Positions 9,759 to 17,693 of a stretch of 64,000 nucleotides of DNA are shown here, piece by piece. Source of the stretch: a candidate division WOR-3 bacterium (lineage in GTDB: Bacteria; Hydrothermota; Tepidihabitantia; Tepidihabitantales; Tepidihabitantaceae); contig JBBISL010000002.1 in NCBI GenBank assembly GCA_037441285.1, positions 32,001 to 96,000 of the forward strand, written 5' to 3'. Each line of letters opens with the position of its first letter. Position 1 is the stretch's first letter. Under the pieces are notes generated by a model, which ran no database searches, was not told where the DNA came from, and was given only the letters and a program-made list of their open reading frames with translations. A program made the position numbers and the translations under genes.

Positions 9759-10861
9759 AACACCGGCTCTTTCTCGCAATACTCTTTATCCTTGCCTGCA
9801 ACACCCTGCCGGTGGGTTTTGACCAGATCAACCAGTTACCGGAAACCGTTACGCTTGAAATTGTTCCGGATAGCACCGACTGCTATGCCAGATTTGTCCC
9901 GCTGGGCAGTGCTGACCACCTGCTTTTGGGAAAAGACCAGCAGTACCAGTCCCGGGTGCTTATCGACTTTGCCCCGAAAGACAGCGCCCTTGATTCGGTC
10001 GTCTCGGCACAACTGATACTCTTCCCCCTTGACAGCACGGTAATGAACTTTACCTGCTTTGCCTGTTCCACCGAATGGAGTTCCAGCGCCGTCACCTGGC
10101 GTATGGCAGATTCTTTAACCCAGTGGCTCACACCCGGTGGTGACTACTGGAACTTTGCGCTCGGTCAGGGCCGCATTGAAAAGGATTCAACCGTCGTCGA
10201 ACTGAACCGGGATTACCTCGACACCCTGGTCCACCGCTCTTATGGCATCGCCCTGATTCCCCTTGACACCGGCTTCACCACCATCGCCACCCTTGCCGCC
10301 ACCAAAACATCACCCCGTCTTGTATTCACCTATGCCGATGGCAAAAAACGCACCTACTACCCGGCGGCAGACGCCCATATCATCGACTCTTCCGGAATCA
10401 GAACAAATCCCGGTGAACTTTTTGTCGGTTCCGGTGTTGCCTTTCGAACCTGGCTTTATTTCCGGCTGGAGTCCATTCCGGACTCAGCCACAATCGCCCG
10501 CGCCGAACTGATATTTAAACCGCAGCCGATTTACCAGCGCAAGGACTCCCTGGAACTCGGCGTCCACAAACTTACCGAATCTTACTACCAGCGGGGCAAG
10601 TATGCCACTTATGAAGAAGCGGCATCGGCCTCAACCGTCTATTTACCCTCTGACACCGCAGCCTTTGTCCGGCTCATAATTACCGACCTCGTCCAGAAAT
10701 GGGTCTCTGCTGCCGACTCCAACCCCAATCACGGCTTACTGGTAACTGCCGAACCCGAATGGCAGAAGCCATTCCGGCTAAAAATTATTCGCTCTGGAAG
10801 CGGGGCGCCCCGACTTAAAATTCACTACATCCTGCCACCCGAAGACCGTTTCTCAAGATGA
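9755..10861 (+). CDS. Lipoprotein with two beta-sandwich (DNRLRE/DUF4270-like) domains
   Basis: Lipobox ILA-C; two internal repeats of (LG...R..I/L.F...DS....A.LI) each ending in PRL; ATGA overlap with plsX. Confidence 0.6.
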   Translation: MKHRLFLAILFILACNTLPVGFDQINQLPETVTLEIVPDSTDCYARFVPLGSADHLLLGKDQQYQSRVLIDFAPKDSALDSVVSAQLILFPLDSTVMNFTCFACSTEWSSSAVTWRMADSLTQWLTPGGDYWNFALGQGRIEKDSTVVELNRDYLDTLVHRSYGIALIPLDTGFTTIATLAATKTSPRLVFTYADGKKRTYYPAADAHIIDSSGIRTNPGELFVGSGVAFRTWLYFRLESIPDSATIARAELIFKPQPIYQRKDSLELGVHKLTESYYQRGKYATYEEAASASTVYLPSDTAAFVRLIITDLVQKWVSAADSNPNHGLLVTAEPEWQKPFRLKIIRSGSGAPRLKIHYILPPEDRFSR

Positions 10862-12000
10862 AAAAGATCTCAATTATATTACTGATTTCCCTGTCTTTGA
10901 CCCTTGCCCAATCCTTCTTCAATATGAATGGGCTGGGTGAACCGGCATACAGCGCCACCGCCCAAACCGCCGCGCTGGGCAACCCGATTGCACTTTCCCC
11001 AGGCAACCCGGGAAACTTCATCCACCTATCCCAGACCTCATTAGAGATGACCTTGCTCGGCATCGGCACAATCGGACAACAGGCAACGATGACCCGAGCC
11101 CTTGCCGGTGTTCGACCGGCAACTTTTTACGGTGCGGTTCCCCTGCCCACCCGTACCCGAATCCTCGTGGCGGTTGACGAGATTTTCAACCAGGACTTTG
11201 ATGTCTGGTCCGAATCTTTATCCGACACCCTGGCGCGGCACCACATCCAGAACAACGGTGGCATTTATGCGCTGAGCGCTGGCATCGCGCAATCCTTCTT
11301 AAGCCACTTCTGCCTCGGAGTCTACCTCCGCCCCCATCTCGGTGGTGTTCGGGAAAACTGGAGTTACATCACTCCGGAAGGCACCATCGCCACCGACACA
11401 ATCGCCATTGACTACTCTGCTTTCAACGCCCGGTTCGGTGCCGCATTCCAGTTTAACCCGGTTACCCTTGCCCTTAGTTACGACCTGCCCTTTAACCTTA
11501 CCGCCCAGCGCTGGAAACTTATCCACGGTGTCATCACCGACTCCTTCCGCACCTATCAAATCAAACTCCCGGCAATGTTAAACCTCGGTGCCGCAATTGG
11601 ACCCATCTGGAAAATCAACCAGTTTACCCTTGGTTTGGAGATGCGACCCTGGAACCAGGCGACGATTAACCATAACCCGGCAAACTATCTATCAACGCTC
11701 CGGCCCTCGTTCGGCATTGAGTATGAACTTTTGCCCGAACACCCATTGCGCCTCGGTTATTCAATGACCAACTGGTACTGCCGGAACTCCGCCACAAACA
11801 AGCCAATACAAGAAAAAACCCTCCACCTTGGCACCGGATTTCCGGTCCCGAAGTTCGGCAACATTGATATCGGCGCGGAAATTATCTTCCGCACAAGCCA
11901 GACCCCATCCGGTCCTCTGAAAGAGACCTCAGGGCGGTTGTTACTCACCCTTGCCTATAAAGAGACCTGGGCAAAACGCACCCGGCGCTGGGGCTACTAA
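10858..12000 (+). CDS. FadL/OmpP1-like outer-membrane beta-barrel (BamG-like)
   Basis: Signal peptide; N-terminal SFF..NGLGE...NPG plug; amphipathic strands; ends TLAYKETWAKRTRRWGY. Confidence 0.6.
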   Translation: MKKISIILLISLSLTLAQSFFNMNGLGEPAYSATAQTAALGNPIALSPGNPGNFIHLSQTSLEMTLLGIGTIGQQATMTRALAGVRPATFYGAVPLPTRTRILVAVDEIFNQDFDVWSESLSDTLARHHIQNNGGIYALSAGIAQSFLSHFCLGVYLRPHLGGVRENWSYITPEGTIATDTIAIDYSAFNARFGAAFQFNPVTLALSYDLPFNLTAQRWKLIHGVITDSFRTYQIKLPAMLNLGAAIGPIWKINQFTLGLEMRPWNQATINHNPANYLSTLRPSFGIEYELLPEHPLRLGYSMTNWYCRNSATNKPIQEKTLHLGTGFPVPKFGNIDIGAEIIFRTSQTPSGPLKETSGRLLLTLAYKETWAKRTRRWGY

Positions 12001-12066
12001 GAAACATACCGCAAGCGACGCCTTAATTTAGATAGAAGCAGCTGCTTTGTACCAAATGCCGTTCCT

Positions 12067-12198
12067 GTATACTTTAAAGTATACATACCGAAAAAGTTCA
12101 TATTTTAATATCATTTTGTAACTTAACAACTTAACCCATTTTCACTCAACTTTCCCAACCCAACCCCGGGGTAGTTTCAGGGATGGTATTGGATATTT
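12067..12198 (+). repeat. Copy A of 132-bp intergenic element (palindrome + 60-bp spacer + 54-bp block)
   Basis: GTATACTTTAAAGTATAC at 12067-12084; block 12145-12198 is 50/54 identical to the reverse complement of 47874-47927. Confidence 0.9.
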
Positions 12199-12354
12199 TT
12201 GCCCTCTGGTCTTTCGCCCCAGTTTTGGAACCCCTTTCCAGTAAAGAAACACCCTCCTCTCCTGTTTTTGTTCGTATCCCAGAATCCTCTTCTGTCTGTA
12301 GCAGTGTACCGATTAAAAACCGCTTTTCTCAAAACATTACAACCATACTCATTA

Positions 12355-12382
12355 TTGAAATTTGCCCCCATTTCGGTATAAT
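12355..12382 (+). promoter_or_regulatory. sigma70-type promoter
   Basis: TTGAAA-16-TATAAT, 5 nt before TTG 12388 and 11 nt before ATG 12394. Confidence 0.65.
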
Positions 12383-12387
12383 TAAAC

Positions 12388-14451
12388 TTGGGAATGGAAG
12401 GGATTAAAAAATTGGCAGCACTCTTGCTTCTTCTGTTTTCCTTACCGGTATATGGTCAAACCGACGAAGGTGGTCCAGATGGATTCGGCTATTACTACCA
12501 GTCAACCCAGGAGCCGGGTGACAGCATAACATTCAACTGGATTGACCCTGCCGGTCACAACCCGATTACCAACTGGAACCCGAATCCGGATGACGGCTGG
12601 GCTACTATCGATTTGCCTTACCGGTTTCCCTTTTACGAAGACACCCTTGATTCAATAACAGTTTGCACCAACGGATTTCTCCAGTTCCCCACCACCTACA
12701 CCAATTACCACAATCAGGAACTGCCCGCTCTTCAGTTTTGTCATCTCATCGCCCTGTTCTGGGACGACCTCAACCCGGGAAATTCGGGCGGTGTCTTTTA
12801 TTACCACGACCCTATAACCCGTTCAACCATTATCACCTGGCACAATGTTACCCTTTACAACCAGCCAGAAACGCTCTCGGCGCAAATTGTGCTTTACTCC
12901 GATGGCACAATTCAGTTAAACTACCTGAACGCACCGACAAACCCCGCAAGCGCAACAATCGGCATCCAGGGCGATTACGGCAACAACAACTATTTCCTCC
13001 AGTACCTGTACAACGGCAACCCGGCACAGCACCTCATCACCGACCGCACCTCAATTCGCTTCTTTGTGCGCCGGCTCGAGCACGATGTCGGTGTTTTGCG
13101 TCTGATTTCTCCGGAAGTGTGGTTTCCGCTAAACAGTCAGTGTCCGGTCCTTGCCACAATCAAAAACTACGGTCTAAACACCGAAACCTTTACCGCCCGC
13201 GCCGTTCTGTTCCGGAACCGCCCCCCTTACGACACCCTTTTCCACCGCACCTTTTCCATCACCAGCCTCAGACCAAACGACACCTGCCGCTGCTATTTCG
13301 GCGACCTTTTAACCGAACCCAACCCTGACTCCTATCTGTTTGTTGTTCAAACCGAACTGGTTAACGACCAGCACAAAAGAAACGACACACTCTACCGAAT
13401 TGTAAGCACATTTCCTCCCGAATTTGGCACCGTCCTTTCCTCTTGGGACTTACCCGAACTGGGACTGGGAATGAACCTTGCCGGTATCACCTATGTTCCG
13501 GACTCCAGCCGATTTTACCTCGTGGTTAACGACACCAACCGCATCATCAGTTTTCCTGTTGACAACCCTTTGCACTTCCGCTTTGAGCAATTCAACCTCC
13601 AGAACTTCTTTGGCGACGACATCATCTGGGGTATCGCCTGGGACCGGCAAAACCCGGGCTTCTGGATTACCCACGCTTCCTATGAAGGAACCGGCTGTAT
13701 TGCCGCCCGCTATGCGCCGGATGGCGCCTTCACCGGTGACACCTGGAATATCGAACAGATTGAACCCGGTGTCTGGTTTGCCGGTATTGACCAGGGAGCA
13801 GAAGGAACATTTTATGCGGTTGCGGTCGGTGGCTCAAACCGCATCTACCATCTTGACCTGAATCAGAAACAGGTTTTGGGCTACCTGCCCGGTCCAATCG
13901 CCTCCTGGCGCGCCTGCTCTTATCTGGGTGACCAGAACCGTTTCCTCTTCTCCGGCGGCTGGAACGAAAACCTCCTTGTCCAGATTGACCGCTCGGGCAA
14001 CATCACCCAATCTTCGGTCCTGCCTGACCTCGCCGACCTTGATATCTACACCCCTGATTTTCCCTGCCCGGACTCATTCGTCTGGGCTTACGCCACCACA
14101 AGCAACTATTCAAACACCATTGTTAAGGTCTCTTTGGGTGTCTTGTGGAGAAATGTAGGTGTTCAGGAAAACCCGGCGCCCCTGATTACCCCATCGTTTG
14201 CGGTTCAACCCAACCCATCCCCGAATGGGATTGTTACCATATCCGGCTTAAAACCAGACCAAAACACGGTTATAACTTTATATGATGCCACGGGCAGGCG
14301 ACTTTTACAAAAAAACACAACCGGCATTCCGGCAACCAACTTGAACCTTCTCAGGTTAACGCACAACCGAATTTCCCGCGGGGTGTATTTTTTAACGGTC
14401 AAGGACGCATTGCAAAAATATCAGGCGAAAATCATCCTTCTTAACCGGTAA
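12388..14451 (+). CDS. Secreted protein: nidogen-like domain, CARDB-like Ig, beta-propeller, T9SS type A sorting-like CTD
   Basis: Signal peptide; GGPDGFGY..., FPFY...VCTNG, LFWDDL; C-terminal PNPS...LYDATGR...GVYFL...K. Confidence 0.75.
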   Translation: MGMEGIKKLAALLLLLFSLPVYGQTDEGGPDGFGYYYQSTQEPGDSITFNWIDPAGHNPITNWNPNPDDGWATIDLPYRFPFYEDTLDSITVCTNGFLQFPTTYTNYHNQELPALQFCHLIALFWDDLNPGNSGGVFYYHDPITRSTIITWHNVTLYNQPETLSAQIVLYSDGTIQLNYLNAPTNPASATIGIQGDYGNNNYFLQYLYNGNPAQHLITDRTSIRFFVRRLEHDVGVLRLISPEVWFPLNSQCPVLATIKNYGLNTETFTARAVLFRNRPPYDTLFHRTFSITSLRPNDTCRCYFGDLLTEPNPDSYLFVVQTELVNDQHKRNDTLYRIVSTFPPEFGTVLSSWDLPELGLGMNLAGITYVPDSSRFYLVVNDTNRIISFPVDNPLHFRFEQFNLQNFFGDDIIWGIAWDRQNPGFWITHASYEGTGCIAARYAPDGAFTGDTWNIEQIEPGVWFAGIDQGAEGTFYAVAVGGSNRIYHLDLNQKQVLGYLPGPIASWRACSYLGDQNRFLFSGGWNENLLVQIDRSGNITQSSVLPDLADLDIYTPDFPCPDSFVWAYATTSNYSNTIVKVSLGVLWRNVGVQENPAPLITPSFAVQPNPSPNGIVTISGLKPDQNTVITLYDATGRRLLQKNTTGIPATNLNLLRLTHNRISRGVYFLTVKDALQKYQAKIILLNR

Positions 14452-14557
14452 AAATACCGTTTCCCGACCGGTTCTGTCATCTTTGACATCTAACCGATTA
14501 TCTGGCAATCTTTATCCGGTGTTTCGTAAAGCAAAATGTATTCTCAAGGAGGCAAAG

Positions 14558-15175
14558 ATGGCAAGATTTGTCGCGTTAATCGCGGTCCTGTTTCTTGTCT
14601 GGGGTTGCCCGGCAAAGAAGGTTGAACCGGTAAAACCAACAGGAGATACCACAATGACCCAAAAAGAACCAACGGCACCCGGTCTACTTAAAGATACCCT
14701 GACCCCGAACAGTCTGCCCGAGAAACTTTTCCTGACCATCAAGGTAAAAGATTTCGGCACCATCAAGGTGGAAATGTATCCGAAAGATGCCCCGCTCAAT
14801 GTCTGCAATGTCGCCAACCTCGCCATCAAAGGTTTTTACAACGGACTGACCTTCCATCGGATTGTGCCCGGATTTGTCGTCCAGGGTGGTGACCCAAAAG
14901 GTGATGGCACTGGTGGACCGGGTTACACCGTGCCCGCGGAAATCAAACGCAAACACGAAAAGGGTTCAATGGCGATGGCACGGTTGTCGGACGAAGTCAA
15001 CCCGGAAAAGCGTTCTTCGGGTAGCCAGTTTTACTTCTGTCTCCAGCCCTTGCCTCAGCTGGACGGTGAATACACCGTCATCGGCAAAATTGTTGAAGGG
15101 ATGGATGTCCTGGACAAATTGGGGCAGGCAAGACCACCGGTGATAATGGAGTCGGTAACGGCTTCAACCGAATAG
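14558..15175 (+). CDS. Cyclophilin-type peptidyl-prolyl isomerase, lipoprotein
   Basis: FHRIVPGFVVQGGDP, AMAR, SGSQF, LDGEYTVIG; lipobox VWG-C; aggagg before ATG 14558. Confidence 0.92.
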   Translation: MARFVALIAVLFLVWGCPAKKVEPVKPTGDTTMTQKEPTAPGLLKDTLTPNSLPEKLFLTIKVKDFGTIKVEMYPKDAPLNVCNVANLAIKGFYNGLTFHRIVPGFVVQGGDPKGDGTGGPGYTVPAEIKRKHEKGSMAMARLSDEVNPEKRSSGSQFYFCLQPLPQLDGEYTVIGKIVEGMDVLDKLGQARPPVIMESVTASTE

Positions 15176-16204
15176 CACCCGCCCGATATTTCGCTTAAAC
15201 GGCGGCTTAATTATTCCGGCATCGGTAATAAAGGCGGTTATCAACTGTGCCGGCGTGACATCAAACGCCGGATTAAACACCCGAACCTGCTCCGGCGCGA
15301 CCTGGCATCTGCCCAATCGCCGCACCTCATCACCCGACCGCTCCTCAATCACAATCTCGGCACCGCTTCGGCACTGTAAATCAAAGGTGGAAACGGGCGC
15401 AACCACATAAAACGGTTTTTTCGCCTCCTTTGCCAGCACCGCCAGCATCCTTGTGCCCACCTTGTTCGCGGTATCGCCATTCGCCGCGATGCGGTCCGCA
15501 CCCACCAGCACCAAATCACAACGCTCAATCACCGTTGCCGCAGCGCTGTCCGCAATTAAACAAACCGGCACCTTTGCCCGCAGCAACTCAAATGTCGTCA
15601 ACCGCGCACCCTGCAACAAAGGTCTGGTCTCGCACGCATAAACCTCAACATTTTTGCCCGCCTGATGCGCCTGAAAAATCACCCCTAATGCGGTGCCCAG
15701 ACCGGGTGCGGCCAGGGCACCGGTATTGCAGATTGTCAGGACAACCGCATTTTGCGGAACAACCTTCGCGCCCTGAACCGCTATCGCCTCGGACCGATTC
15801 TGCTCCTCTTTTTCAATCGCTTTTGCCTCGGCAATTACCGCTCGGCGCAGCTGGCTGGGCGTTAAATCTTCTCGATTTACCAACATCATCAGCCTATTTA
15901 CCGCCCAGGAAAGATTGACCGCCGTGGGCCTTGCCTTTATTAAAACCTGCGCTGCCTTTGCTAAACCGGCACGCAGTCGGTCATCCGAAAGCCGCTGCGC
16001 CTCAAGCGCCAGAGCATAAGCCGCTGCAACCCCAATCCAGGGCGCACCCCGCACCTGCAAAAGTTTTATCGCCCGGGCGACATCACGGGCACGGCGCAGG
16101 CGCAGATACCGTTCCTGATGGGGTAAGCGGGTCTGGTCCAGTAGTAAAAGTGCGCCTTTTTGATATATCGCCGCCCGGAGCAAATTCCGCACCTTCTTCC
16201 TCAT
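15164..16204 (-). CDS. mtnA: S-methyl-5-thioribose-1-phosphate isomerase
   Basis: LDQTRLP, VRGAP, RPTAVNL, TICNTG, ETRP.LQG.RLT, GADRIAANGDTANKVG, NPAFDVTP. Confidence 0.95.
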   Translation of the reverse strand: MRKKVRNLLRAAIYQKGALLLLDQTRLPHQERYLRLRRARDVARAIKLLQVRGAPWIGVAAAYALALEAQRLSDDRLRAGLAKAAQVLIKARPTAVNLSWAVNRLMMLVNREDLTPSQLRRAVIAEAKAIEKEEQNRSEAIAVQGAKVVPQNAVVLTICNTGALAAPGLGTALGVIFQAHQAGKNVEVYACETRPLLQGARLTTFELLRAKVPVCLIADSAAATVIERCDLVLVGADRIAANGDTANKVGTRMLAVLAKEAKKPFYVVAPVSTFDLQCRSGAEIVIEERSGDEVRRLGRCQVAPEQVRVFNPAFDVTPAQLITAFITDAGIIKPPFKRNIGRVLFG

Positions 16205-16218
16205 AAATTCCCCAAACC

Positions 16219-17211
16219 CTACAAACCCCTCAATTCCCCCTGCTCGTCCTCCTTAACACCGGAACCGGTCTTCCTTAAAATCACCACCAGACTGAATGAA
16301 TCGGCATCGTACAACTCCGCTTGCTCGGTAACAAATTTAATCTCCTCAATGTAGCCATCCAGTTTAAATTGCCTTCGGGGAACAAACCGGTCGTACATCC
16401 GAAATGAAAAGTTAGCAATCCTCTCGGTTGATTGAATTAGTCCGGCGTAGCGCTGAACCAGACGGCTTATCAGGGCAACCGTCCGGTTTATAAAATACCC
16501 GCCCCAAGCCTCGGACCGCACCGCTTCTTGAACAATCCGGCGCGAGGTCAATCGAAAAATGTCAACCCGCTCAAACCGGTTTTTCCCCTTATCGTTGAGA
16601 AAATCGCGCAGTGTTGTGTAACGATATTCAATCTGGTGAGGACCATAGCCGGAAAATTGCCTTTTGAACGGCGACCGGTCAACCGTTGAAATCACCACCA
16701 TTCCGCCCGCTGCCAGACCAGCGTAAAGACGGGAGAAAAGGGCAATAGCCTCCGCTTCGGTCAGATGTTCAATCACCTCAAGAAACATCACCGCATCAAA
16801 ATTTTTTAAGAACTCTGGCTCTAACTCATTCGTGCTAATACATTCAAATCGGACATTATCCTGCTGGAAGCGACTCCGGGCATAGTCAATCAACCGGCGC
16901 GAGTAGTCGGTTGCCAGTAAACTCCAATCCGCAGGCATCAATCGGGCAAACGCTGCCGAAAGTATCCCGCTACCACACCCCAGTTCCAGAATCCGCATCG
17001 CTCGAGCCTCAGCCGCAAGGGCGGTCAGTGCCGCGGCGTAATTGGCACAGTGGTGCAAACGCAGCCGGTAATCGCGCACCTGCTCAACGCTGCCGCCTTC
17101 AACATTCAAAAACTCATCGGCAACCGACATCCTCTCAACCTCATCCCAGATTCTTTGCAAACTCTCGCGGAACTTTTGGTCGGACACATTCCGGAACTCC
17201 CCACACATCAT
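16219..17211 (-). CDS. Class I SAM-dependent methyltransferase
   Basis: ILELGCGSG, ATDYS, FDAVMFLEVIEHL. Confidence 0.8.
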   Translation of the reverse strand: MMCGEFRNVSDQKFRESLQRIWDEVERMSVADEFLNVEGGSVEQVRDYRLRLHHCANYAAALTALAAEARAMRILELGCGSGILSAAFARLMPADWSLLATDYSRRLIDYARSRFQQDNVRFECISTNELEPEFLKNFDAVMFLEVIEHLTEAEAIALFSRLYAGLAAGGMVVISTVDRSPFKRQFSGYGPHQIEYRYTTLRDFLNDKGKNRFERVDIFRLTSRRIVQEAVRSEAWGGYFINRTVALISRLVQRYAGLIQSTERIANFSFRMYDRFVPRRQFKLDGYIEEIKFVTEQAELYDADSFSLVVILRKTGSGVKEDEQGELRGL

Positions 17212-17280
17212 CCCTTAATGTTAATCAACTTAACCCCGGCGTCAACACCACTCCATCCGATACACCAGAAGAAAAAATGC

Positions 17281-17309
17281 TTGACAAAACGGTTTGCCCG
17301 ATTTACAAT
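17281..17309 (+). promoter_or_regulatory. sigma70-type promoter
   Basis: TTGACA-17-TACAAT; aaggagg SD at about 17362. Confidence 0.75.
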
Positions 17310-17372
17310 AAAGCGCTAAATGACACAATCGGGTTATCCGAATTATCAGGGAGTCTAAAAAAAGGAGGAACT

Positions 17373-17693
17373 ATGCGTGGACCTTATCTCCTCCGACCTC
17401 TGCAGGTTGATATCTCTGTACCGGACCGGGTGGGTGGCGTTTACTGCCTGGCAAAAAAGCCCAAAGAGATTGCCATTGTTGCCCGAGCCGAACGAAACCT
17501 GCGCGAAGCGATAAAATCCCACTGGAAAGAGTACGAATTCTTCTGGTATGAACCCGCGCTTTCACCCCGCGAGGCTTACATCAATCAATGCTACCTCTAT
17601 CATCGCTATGCCGAATGTGGCACGCTGGTACAATGCGAACATCCCAAGCCTCCGGATAAGACCGAAGTCAAATGTCCAATCTGCGGCGTGTAA
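17373..17693 (+). CDS. Small GIY-YIG-like protein with C-terminal Zn ligands, apparently catalytically degenerate
   Basis: Strong SD before ATG 17373; GGVYCL, NLREAIKSH, EAYINQCYLYH, HPKPP, CPICG. Confidence 0.65.
   Translation: MRGPYLLRPLQVDISVPDRVGGVYCLAKKPKEIAIVARAERNLREAIKSHWKEYEFFWYEPALSPREAYINQCYLYHRYAECGTLVQCEHPKPPDKTEVKCPICGV

Noticed and set aside
12061..12085. Similarity of the palindrome to FRT, dif, parS or a LexA box
   Set aside because: Only short word matches; arm and spacer geometry fit none of them, and the FRT-like flank is absent from copy B
12663..13328. 221-aa His/Pro/Gln-rich overlapping ORF
   Set aside because: Alternative frame of the secreted protein, explained by C-rich third codon positions
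14446..14466. CGGTA-N2/4-TACCG mini-hairpin after gene ends (also about 47747 and 61860)
   Set aside because: Only a 5-bp stem; convincing only at 61855 as part of a terminator
17225..17242. TCAAYTYAACCCCGGCGT also seen at about 48029-48046 (minus)
   Set aside because: Short; at 17.2 kb it lies within a promoter, so it cannot be told apart from chance
16911..17372. N-terminal extension making a 260-aa ORF
   Set aside because: It overlaps the methyltransferase antisense and spans a promoter; the SD supports ATG 17373
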